Source: Azolla caroliniana
Taxonomy: Eukaryota; Plantae; Polypodiophyta
Length of the DNA stretch: 64,000 bases
Assembly: GCA_043228905.1 (NCBI GenBank)
Contig: JBHGNT010000012.1
Coordinates: forward strand, 15,128,001 to 15,192,000
Direction of reading: 5' to 3'
Every line of letters begins with the position of its first letter. Position 1 is the first letter of the stretch. Positions 23,601 to 32,129 of the stretch are shown one piece after another. Under the pieces are notes generated by a model. The model worked only from the letters and a program-made list of their open reading frames with translations. It ran no database searches and had not been told where the DNA came from. The translations under genes were made by a program, and so were the position numbers.

Positions 23601-26501
23601 TTCTTTGGCGATGTGTACCGGCTTTGATTCGTCCTTGCTTCCTAGGTTCACTTCGTCGAGCTGGGATGCTTTTACCCGTTGGGAAACGGCCATTTCCCGT
23701 TCCAACGCTTCCTGTGCTTGCCGTAATTCCCGAATCACATCTTTCTCTGGTTCAGCTTCGGTGTCGTCCCGCTGCAGCAAGTATGGGGCTACGGCTTCAG
23801 CTACGTCAATCTCGAAGAGTGGTACGATCTTCGGGTGTTCCTCCAAGTACTGGGCTTCTTCTTCGTCTGCCAACCCTTCAAGCATGTTCACACATTCCGC
23901 ATACAGCGGTGTGCATTCCTTACCGTTGCTTGTCCGTGGTTGTGTCGGTACCCGGACCTTGGCTTTTCCGCGCCGGAAGGTAATCATATTTTTTCGCCAA
24001 TTTTGCTTGATGTGTGCTGTTTTCAACCATGGTCTGCCCAGCAACAGAGGGTACGCGCCTTGCGCCTGTAGCTGCAGCACTACAGCCGAGATGTGAAATG
24101 TGTGACCTCCTATGGTGACTTCCAATTTCCGTATTAAGCCCGTCGGCCTTACCGAACTCGTATCCGCCATCCGTAGCCAGAACGGGCATGGCTCCCATTC
24201 ATGTATACCCAAGGCATCACACGTACGGAGGCTTATTACGTTCACGCCGGAACCTCCATCGATTACGGTGCCGGGAAGTTCGTGCCCTTTGACAATAGCT
24301 GTAATCGCCGGACTACTAGTGTCCACCACCGTCGGTCCCTCCTCCGGGTTCGAGAAGAGGACTGGTGCCGGTGGGGCTATGCCGTCTGTCATGCCCGTTT
24401 TCAGCCCTTCCGTAAATCGCGGCACGAGCTGCAAGAGTCTTCCTAACGGCAACGTGATCTGACATTCTTGCAGTGCTTGCCATGTCTCGTTTTCTGGGTG
24501 GCTACCGTCGGCACTCCCTATGCTATTTGCCTTTTGCCGTTCCGCGTCCGCGACGTTCTTTTCATTGGCTTCCTTCACCCATTCCGTCGCCTGTTTTCGT
24601 ATGGCCTCTTGTGTTTCCCACTCTTTGGCCATGCCTTTCGACCGTGTGGTTACTTGCTGTAAATCCGCCACTTCCGGAACCACCATATTAACTGCTGGTC
24701 GTTTCTCGTAGCTCTTTACCGGGCACTGGTTACTGTAGTGGCCTTCCTGCCTGCAGTAGTAGCAGTACTCTTTGCGGGTATTGCTGGATTCAGCATTGCT
24801 GGTAGCCGGAGTTGGTCCCGTAGCGAGTGGTGCGTTCTGTGCCGGTTGGCTCCTTGGGACTCCATGTTCCGGGTCCCTAGGGTGACCACCTTTCTTGAAA
24901 TTACGTTTCTTATTATTCTTATGTTTATTTCGGTAGTCCGGTCGTGGTGGATCGTAACATCGGCCGTAGTCCTCCTTGTGCCTTCGGTAACCAGGGGAAT
25001 GGTCTCTGTCGTATTGCTCGTGTCGCCTGTTGGGCTCCCGATAACGGTCCGATCGCTCATACCGGTCGTAGTTATCACGCCGATTCCCGTACCGGCCATC
25101 ATTCTCTTGCCTGTCTCCGTACCGGACATCCTGTGCCGGTCGGTACCGGTTCATTTTTTGCCAACGATCTTCATCTTCGTCTTGGCTGTTTCTTGGCTCG
25201 ATCCGTCGGATGGGTGGTGCTTGTCGGTTTAACAGGTTATACTCGCACCGGTCCGTTGTATGACTCTTGGATTGACAAATCACACACTGAGTGCGCATGG
25301 TGCACTCTACTGCCGAGTGTCCGGCATTCAAGCAGATTGTGCATTGAATTGCCTGCCGGAACCGGAGATCTTCCTCGGTGGGTAACGCCCGTTGCAGTGT
25401 TCCCAGCGTAAGCCATGAGCTTGTCTTTTCCATTTCTCTGACCCGGTCAATGACCTGATCGATGGTGCATCCTCGAAAGTCGATCACCGTACACACCGTG
25501 CGTAACGGTTCCCGGAGTGCGTTTAAAAATATCGTCCGTAATTCCTCCTCCGGGGGTGCACGAGCAAGCTGGCTATGCATCCGTTGGAAACGGATGACGA
25601 ATTGGGGAATGCTTTCCCCTGCCTCCTGCCGGATCGTATAAAACAGGCCCACCATTGTCGTCTGGTCGACCTCCTTGTGGAAAAAATGCAAGAATTTTGC
25701 TTTTAATTCTGCAAATGTTGTGATGGTCGCCGGGTCCTGCGACCGCCGCCATCGTGTCGCTGGTCCCTCCAACGTGACTCCGAATTCCGCTATCTTCGAG
25801 CGTTCTTCTTCCTCCGGTGTCATTCGCTGGGACGTGTGATTTGCTTCCCATGTCTGCTCGAAGTCATCCACATGCGCTTCCGCATCCGGATCATCGCGGT
25901 ACTTTGAGTATTGGAACGGCATGTCGTCGTCCAGTATTAAGCCGCGGTTTAGTGGCGTTTGTTGATATTTTTCCGGTTCTTTCTCCGGTTCCACTTCCGG
26001 TTCTGTTGCCGGTCCTTTTTCCGGTTCTTTTTCCGGCTCTTCTTCCGGTACCTTTGCCGGAGTTGGTGGGTTGACGGCTTCCGTTTGCGGTTCCGGATAG
26101 CCCTGGTTGAGCGGTTCCGGTTCTGGAGTCGGCACGGTATCCGACCCGTCGTCTTCCGGGCCGCCGGGGGTATCGTTGCTGCTCCGGTAGTTCGTGTGCA
26201 CGCTGTATCCCCCTTCGGAATCCGATTCGTAGGCCGAAAAGGCTTCTGCCTCGTTTTCTCCGCTTGCCAGCGCCTCCAGGAGTCGTTCGGTTTCCCGGAG
26301 ACTACTTAGACTGCTTCCGTCGTCCTGGTCGCGAGTTTGCCGTAGCCGGAGAGATTCCTCTGCGACTCTCCGGATCTCGTTGGAGAACGAACGATCCGAG
26401 CGAATTTCCTGCGCTGCTTGCTGGAAAGTCTCACGCCGTCTTTGCCGTTCGGCGATGCGTCGAGCTCGGTCTGTAACCAAGTCGTGCGTTGGTCTAGTCA
26501 T
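20679..26501 (-). CDS. Gypsy-3 intact Gag-Pol polyprotein (1940 aa)
   Basis: Uninterrupted ORF with CCHC knuckles, protease IDGGSGVN, RT FLDD, RH VDASD, INT HHCC zinc finger and WGLDFVGP/DQGGHF. Confidence 0.95.
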   Translation of the reverse strand: MTRPTHDLVTDRARRIAERQRRRETFQQAAQEIRSDRSFSNEIRRVAEESLRLRQTRDQDDGSSLSSLRETERLLEALASGENEAEAFSAYESDSEGGYSVHTNYRSSNDTPGGPEDDGSDTVPTPEPEPLNQGYPEPQTEAVNPPTPAKVPEEEPEKEPEKGPATEPEVEPEKEPEKYQQTPLNRGLILDDDMPFQYSKYRDDPDAEAHVDDFEQTWEANHTSQRMTPEEEERSKIAEFGVTLEGPATRWRRSQDPATITTFAELKAKFLHFFHKEVDQTTMVGLFYTIRQEAGESIPQFVIRFQRMHSQLARAPPEEELRTIFLNALREPLRTVCTVIDFRGCTIDQVIDRVREMEKTSSWLTLGTLQRALPTEEDLRFRQAIQCTICLNAGHSAVECTMRTQCVICQSKSHTTDRCEYNLLNRQAPPIRRIEPRNSQDEDEDRWQKMNRYRPAQDVRYGDRQENDGRYGNRRDNYDRYERSDRYREPNRRHEQYDRDHSPGYRRHKEDYGRCYDPPRPDYRNKHKNNKKRNFKKGGHPRDPEHGVPRSQPAQNAPLATGPTPATSNAESSNTRKEYCYYCRQEGHYSNQCPVKSYEKRPAVNMVVPEVADLQQVTTRSKGMAKEWETQEAIRKQATEWVKEANEKNVADAERQKANSIGSADGSHPENETWQALQECQITLPLGRLLQLVPRFTEGLKTGMTDGIAPPAPVLFSNPEEGPTVVDTSSPAITAIVKGHELPGTVIDGGSGVNVISLRTCDALGIHEWEPCPFWLRMADTSSVRPTGLIRKLEVTIGGHTFHISAVVLQLQAQGAYPLLLGRPWLKTAHIKQNWRKNMITFRRGKAKVRVPTQPRTSNGKECTPLYAECVNMLEGLADEEEAQYLEEHPKIVPLFEIDVAEAVAPYLLQRDDTEAEPEKDVIRELRQAQEALEREMAVSQRVKASQLDEVNLGSKDESKPVHIAKEMKPEDKAAMIKLLTEFRDVFAWSYEDMRGLDPQLYQHQIHLGKDAKPVAQRRYRMNPNYAAKVKEEIDKLLRVGFIRPVKKATWLSPIVVVPKKNGKIRVCVDYRKLNAATITDAFPLPFTDGVLDAVAGHEVYSFLDGFSGYNQIRMHPDDQEKTAFVTEWGVFVAEVMMFGLKTAPATFQRIIMEIFGEYIPAFMQVFLDDFAVYSRGKDHLQHLRLCLEKCRLYRLSLNPAKCIFGVSSGILLGHIVSKEGIAVDPDKVNAILGAPAPKTAKALSRFLGQIRWHSRMLRHLADLATPLHTAVHRTPFQWTDTEDKAYNALKVLLSQAPVVQPPDWSKEFHVFVDASDIAIGSALMQLTEPKWYRPVYYASRKLSQAEKNYSTTEREALGMIYSVTKFRHYLLGRKFSFHVDHSALLYLVSKASLTGKLARWTLLLQEFEFEIFHRPGIQHAVADYLSRLESGEPGDGVADEFPNAELFRITPETAADDTVASEDKWLTNMHQFLSTGLPPEEMNRDERKRLAVQSRNFCLLRDTVYHKGADGIWRRAVRSDEKEVILREAHCGVAGGHYAGEATARKVWQSGLWWPTTLKDAVKYAKECDLCQRMGQPTEQARMPHQPVLPLEPFQKWGLDFVGPFKPPAMRTGNRYVIVATDYCTKWVEAKALRDNTASSTAKFLYENIWCRYGCPIELISDQGGHFLGQVVESLTTFYAVVHKRSTPYYPQANGLAESTNKTLQNILRKIVNENRTDWDTKLHSALWAYRTAYKTSIRTTPFRLAFGLEAVMPVEFQVPSLRIQLRERLNEKKSEEIRLAALCELEEQRLASILHMELEQRRRKAFVDRHRKGNEKMFEIGKPVLVFQTRMGKMPGKLRFRWTGPYWLTREYNGSYQIGTLAGEVLGKWVNGFRLKPYKGPMPKNPFMQLTGTTPGTCPGSVRIDPEEKDDGEPVVETKGDTATREENGQGPKGLTDV

Positions 26502-27860
26502 CCATTACCGTCGTTCGCTGCGAGAAAGCAGGAATCGTGGTCGCCAAAACTGTGTTATTCTCTTAGCCGGACAAGGCCTAACACAAGGTGTCACGGAAAC
26601 ACTTCACCAAAGGGTGATTACGGCATAGAATTAAGATTCAACGATTACACCGACTTACGTAGGTTACACGATTAGATTGCTTTGGTTAATTACACGCGTA
26701 AGATACAACAGTGATTACAGAACGGAAATCAAGACAGAAGTATAAACAACATAAGCTCTACTAATTATCCGCTGTCATTCCAATAGGGTCCGGGCCTTTA
26801 AATAGGTTTCCGGCCCGTAGTACAAAACGGTGCCTCTCGCACCTATTCGGGATCCGTCCGGATCTGGAACGGCATACCGTTTCCAGTCCGTCCGTCCACA
26901 CTATGCTCCTTTACAACCATATCTAATTAATTCCTTCACTCCGTATTTTGGACTCCTTGCCGGCCGGTAACAGGCTACGCGATCATTTATTATCACACGT
27001 CTGTCATGGTAAAAAACATGGTGCCCCTCTTTACGAGCTTGTATGATTCGCGGCATACAAGTTTTATGATGCTCAATTTGCATCTTGGTCAGGTTTTCAT
27101 CAAGGTAGATAGGGTCCCCGCCCAATCTCCGAAGAATTGGTCTCTATTTAAAAAATGCGATTCTAGATTCTGAGTCCTTAAACTCAAGGACGAAAGCTCT
27201 TTTCCTAGTGGTGTCACGTCCTACCCTTCAAGTTTTAGTGATTGGTAGGGCTTCGTACCCCAACATTTTCCCTAATGTTTGTGCATCTTCGTCAGGAGAT
27301 GCCCCTTCCTTGAGCCCAGTACATTTAGGCATCGAGCTTGACGCATTTTTTCCTCCTCAACGGTAGTGTTTATAATATTTTCATCCTTTAGATCATTTTT
27401 AATATTACATTTTACTACATCAACCCACCGAGTTTTTGTTAATACCATATCACTTTTAACCTCTTCCTTAACCTTTTTGATCTCGTTCTTAATATCCTCT
27501 AAAGAAGATATTTCACCATCTTCCCTAGATGTCCCAAGGTCCTTAATTTGTTTTTCAAGGTTCACGTTGGCTACTTTAAGTTTCACTACTTCAACAATAA
27601 GCAGTTCTCTTTCTTCCTTATCTTTTTGTTTTTCGGCTTCAATCTCTTTCGCCCATTTTTCTATTTTAACTAAACGGTTAAGGACATCTAAAAATTCCTC
27701 CTTACTTATAATTTCTTCGTGTGTTTCCTTATGGTTTCGTCTAGAAGTCATGTTGTAATTCAAAAGATAGAAGAAAGAAAAGACAAAAAGGACAAAAAAA
27801 CTTAGTCGAGCATCGATGCCTTGCGCGCTAGGTTCGAGTGTAGAAGCACATGTAAGCACT

Positions 27861-29549
27861 CTCGTTTACCCAAACGATGACATCGTCAGAAGCGTCGGTG
27901 ATGACGCTACATTATGTCTGTAAATAATACTTGATTTGTGTCCATCGGTGCACACACCCGTTCGCGTGCACTTGGCTCCGTTTCTCTTTATGGCCGGAAT
28001 CCTTCATGACATCCACCCCCACCAAACCGCACATCCTCCGGCATGTGCCAAGTAGTGTAGCGGGGTGGAGATTCTGGCCCAGCCTTTACTCATCTTCACC
28101 CGATCCGTTGTTGGTCCGGTCCCCATTCGACTTGTCGCTCCCGACGATATCATCACTGGTCTCCGGATTCGGTTCCACTTCATGTCACTTCTTAAAGGCC
28201 TTGATCCGTTTACCCGCGACTGAAACCATGAGCCTCGTCTTGTCGAGCTCTGCCAGGTGGTACATGGCATTGTTTTTTGCGCTCGTCACCACGTAGGGCC
28301 CGAACCACCATCGTGCGAATTTCCCGGTCGACCGGTGCTGATTGTCAAGGCTGTTGTCGTAGACCACCTAATCGCCTTCCTCAATCTTCCTCGGCCGGAG
28401 TCGGTCCGTCCAGTAAAACAGGGCCTTGTTCCTCTTCCTCACTTCCTCCGTTCTCATTGTCGATCACTCAACATCTTCCAGTCTCCGCTCGAGTTGTCGG
28501 ATTCGTGCCGCCAACAGCTCCTCTCAGCTCATCTCGTTTGTCCCGTCAACCACCATCCATGACGAGATCGTCCGCTCCAACAGCATAACCAGTTTTTGCC
28601 CGAACATAAGTTCCGCCGACATGTACCCGGTTACCGAACTAGCATAGTTCGGTCAACCCATAGTGTGTCAGGTAGGAGCCTTGACTAGTCTCCTACTCGA
28701 CCCTCGCATGCTCGTACTATGGCCTTCACGATCGGCCCGTGCCCGCGCTCAACCTTCCCGTTGGCTTTCGGATTGTACCCCCTGGTGAGGGAAAGTTTGA
28801 CGCCTAATTGGTCGAGTAGTCTTTATCGGCCTTGACCGCTGAAACGATACCCCAGAGTTCGTGTTTAACCTAGGTGTATCCTTGTTGCCGCTCGCTCAGC
28901 GCCATCTCACTAAATCGGGTGGGGAACCATTTGTTGTCCTCATCTTCCTCATTAATCACCCACCTGATTCCAGTCGGACTAGTATCCACTGTTACGTAAA
29001 CTTGGGTGTTTGCCTTGTATACCGCCTTCCAAAGAGCCGATGTTGCCGTCAGCCTCTCCTTCAGTCTCCGGACCGCCTCCGTGTGCTCTGCGCCCCATTT
29101 GAACTTCCGACCTTTCTTCAACAACCCGTAGAGAGGCTTGGCAAGGTGCGCGTTGTGTGGGATCCAAATGTGGTAGAAGGTGCATGCTCCCAGGAATCAT
29201 CGAACTTTCGTGACCAACCTTCATTCCTCCTTCATTGCCGTATGGCCCGCACAGGTGCCCCACTACTAGGATCTCCCGAAAGCCGACTCCCCGGAGAAGG
29301 TAAACCAAGAACCCTCAAGCCTCTACAGTATCTTCTGACAGTCGGAGACGTGGTCCGCGACAAACCTTCGGCATCCGTCCGGCCCGATCGATTGATCCTT
29401 CGCTTCCTCTAGACATCCGTTGATCGGGATGTCATCCAAGAAAGACATGGGATGTCCGAGATGCAATCCCGCAAAACCTTGCTCATTGCATTCACCATGT
29501 TTGAGCAACTCCGTCAACTTCGGTATGTGAGCTCTCGGAACCGGAACCA
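27861..29549 (-). mobile_element. Heavily deleted Gypsy-1-family remnant (RT/RH/INT pieces, PPT and start of 3' LTR at 28011)
   Basis: Fragments homologous to 1-2500. GGTGGGGGTGGA followed by TGTCATGAAGG on minus strand. Confidence 0.75.
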
Positions 29550-30695
29550 CACTACGAAGGGCAAAAGCACTTAAGAAGCCGAACTATGACCGATCAATCA
29601 TAGTAACGGTTGATACAAGTCCAACCGGGATTGGATGGGTCATCAACCAAGTCGACTCGGATGGTTCACGATATCCAATGTGATTCGGAGCAAAGGTTCT
29701 CAACAAAAGGCAAGGTAAAAGAGAACTATGGGGAGTCGTGTCAGCAATAAAATCGGATCAAGATTATTTTATCAGAGATGAAGTAGTGATCGAAACGGAT
29801 TGTCTTCCGATACTCAAGATGATGCGATATTGCACGATATTGGATGTGGTTATGCTAAGATGGATTGCATATGTAAAGTCACTAAATCCGGAGGTTCGAA
29901 ACATCTCGGGAAAAGACAATGTGATAGCGGATATGTTATGAAGGGCCCGGTTTGATGATGACATAGTCGAATCGGATAATGAAGAAGTTTTCGAAGACTA
30001 CTTTACTTTGGAGCACGATTGAAACGGATTGTCTTCCGATACTCGGGATGATGCGATGTTGCACGGTACTGGATGTGGCTATGCTATGATGGATTGCATA
30101 TGTAAAGTCACTTAATCTGGAGGTTCAACACATCTCGGGAAAAGACAATGTGGTAGTGGATATGTTATCAAGGGCCCGGTTTTACGATGACATAGTCGAA
30201 TTGGATAATGAAGAAGTTTCCAAACACTACTTTACTTTGGAGCACATATCCCGAGTAAACGTAATTCGAGAGTTCCGGGAAGAAGAATACGAGGGGGAAA
30301 GCTTGCTAATCGGGAAAGTACTACAAGAAATCGAGGAATCATCGGCCAACAAAGAAATGAGAGCCGAGATCCGAAAGAAGAAACGGCAAGTTCGGAAGTT
30401 CTTCTTGAACAATGAATTAATCTGGAGGGAGCCGAAAAGACCGGATGGCCTACCACTCCGGGTAGTCGTAACAATGGAACAACAAAAACAAGTAATATCT
30501 GAATTTCATGAATCCGATTGGGCTGAACATCGGAGAACATGGGCGAAATTTGCAAAAATCAAACAAAAATATTGGTGGAAGAATATGTATAAGGATGTAG
30601 CAGAGTTCACAGAAAGCTGCAAGAAATGTTACATTTTCTCCAAAGTTCAACACCGGGATGAATTACATCCGACATTCTCACCGACAATCAACTTT
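29550..30695 (+). mobile_element. Inverted Gypsy-1-family RH-INT fragment with an internal 229-bp tandem duplication
   Basis: ORFs 29738-29941 and 30150-30701 are homologous to 62-1372. Duplicated units 29788-30016 and 30017-30245. Confidence 0.8.
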
Positions 30696-31668
30696 AATTG
30701 AGCTTCTTCATGGCTTTGGTATGTTCCGGTCTCCATTCGAACTTCTTAACCTTCCACAGCAAGTGATAGAGTGGGTCTGCAATGTGTGCATAGTGCGGAA
30801 TCCATATGTGATAAAATATACATGCACCAAGAAACCTACGAACTTCGGATTGTGACTCGCATATTTCTTTCATGGCTTGAATTGCATCGATCTTGATTAG
30901 AGATGGTCTTCGGCCATAGGGCCCACATAGATGACTGACTACCAGTATCTCTTCTTGTCCAAATGTTGATTTCTCTCCGGAGAGTGTTAGGTGCACATCT
31001 TCTAACTTCTGTAGCACTTTCTCACAGTCGTGAATATGGTCTACTACGAACTTTCGACACCCCCGATCATCTATATTCTCATCCTTTTCTTCTATTGCAC
31101 ATCCTTTCATCGGAATTTCATCTAGGAACGGCATTGTTATCTCTGGAATGCAGTCTCGAAGCACCTTTTTCATTGCATTCATCATATGTGCAACCAAGTT
31201 CGTTGCCCCTTGTGGTAGCATACACATCCAAACTAACCCTATCGGTGTCCGCATTGTAGTGATATCCCGGCTATCCACGGCTAGTTGGAATTGGTCATAC
31301 CCAAAATATAGGTCTCTGATGGAGTATATCGCGCATCCGGCAAACGCTTCCGCAAATTCATCCACTATTGGACCAACTTCAGAGTTCCGGATCGTGACCT
31401 TGTTCACCGGTTGCAAATCTTGATTGATGAAGTCGCGAAGATACGCCCTTGTGTCGTTGAATTTGTCAGGTAGGCTAACGGTTGGCTCAAGGACATGGAT
31501 GGGAAGAGGAAGTGGTTGGGCTAGGTGCCGATGGCGGTTGTTGGGTGGTGGGTTTCTTGATGTGATGGATTGAAGCTTCCGTAATGATTCCCGAAGTATT
31601 TCATTTTCGAGTTGAAGTTGTTGCAAGGCTGCCATTACTTGGTTTAGGTTGTCGACAGAGTCGGACAT
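30694..31668 (-). CDS. Chimeric ORF: Tcn1-like gag N-terminus fused in frame to a Gypsy-1-family RT
   Basis: MSDS...EPTVSLPDKFNDTRAYLRDFINQ joined to DLQPVNKVTIRN...FLDE... at about 31425. Confidence 0.7.
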   Translation of the reverse strand: MSDSVDNLNQVMAALQQLQLENEILRESLRKLQSITSRNPPPNNRHRHLAQPLPLPIHVLEPTVSLPDKFNDTRAYLRDFINQDLQPVNKVTIRNSEVGPIVDEFAEAFAGCAIYSIRDLYFGYDQFQLAVDSRDITTMRTPIGLVWMCMLPQGATNLVAHMMNAMKKVLRDCIPEITMPFLDEIPMKGCAIEEKDENIDDRGCRKFVVDHIHDCEKVLQKLEDVHLTLSGEKSTFGQEEILVVSHLCGPYGRRPSLIKIDAIQAMKEICESQSEVRRFLGACIFYHIWIPHYAHIADPLYHLLWKVKKFEWRPEHTKAMKKLN

Positions 31669-31696
31669 GGTAGCAAGAAGAGGAAGGTGAACAAAT

Positions 31697-32129
31697 TGTC
31701 ACGAACGAGTATAATAGAGTAGAACCAAGACGAGACTAAGAACTAGGAGAGAGAAAAAGAACAAGAACTTGACTTATGATTCCGTAACTAGTGTTGTTCA
31801 CCTTGATTAGAATCAAGGTGCAATTTATACAAGAAGGTAGAGGTATGTATGCTAGCTAGGAATAGAGAATGCATGAAGATCCAAGAAAGCTCGGAATAGA
31901 GAATGCATGTACGCAAGCTAGGAATAGAGAATGCATGTATGCAAGCTAAGAATAGAGAATGCATGCAAGCTAGGAGCTTCTAATGTTCAATCTACCATGC
32001 ATGAAGTTGGATTTTAATACAAGGATGCATAGATGGATGTAGCCTAGTTGGTAGGGTTTCCCAATGGAGACCAGGAGGTCTTGGGTTCAATCCCTACCTT
32101 CCACCGTGGTGTAGCATATGTCTATGACA
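31697..32129 (-). repeat. 5' LTR of a Tcn1-like element (433 bp)
   Basis: TGTCAC...ATGACA termini on +, TATAAA at 31829-31824, internal GAATAGAGAATGCATG repeats, gag ATG 29 nt downstream. Confidence 0.7.
32032..32105 (+). other. tRNA-derived Pol III A-box/B-box cassette inside LTR U3
   Basis: TAGCCTAGTTGG 32040-32051 and GGTTCAATCC 32084-32093 at tRNA spacing, partial acceptor stem. Not an intact tRNA. Confidence 0.65.

Larger units (their letters stand above)
17205..26972 (-). mobile_element. Gypsy-3: full-length non-chromovirus Ty3/Gypsy (Athila/Selgy-like) with extra 3' ORF
   Basis: 420-bp LTRs 17205-17624 and 26553-26972 (about 3 differences), TSD GGCTA, PBS TGGCGACCAC (tRNA-Arg type) 26537-26546. 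Confidence 0.97.
17126..27860 (-). mobile_element. 5' part of a LINE (ORF1 coiled-coil+RRM, start of APE endonuclease) interrupted by Gypsy-3
   Basis: ORF 27272-27859 plus frameshifted continuation ...IYLDENLT...VIINDRVA. After the TSD the frame reads N*RRVAHVTDNKLRMILWNCNS (APE N-terminal motif). Confidence 0.7.

Noticed and set aside
32032-32105. Functional tRNA gene
   Set aside because: Anticodon and T stems do not pair properly; treated as tRNA-derived only.
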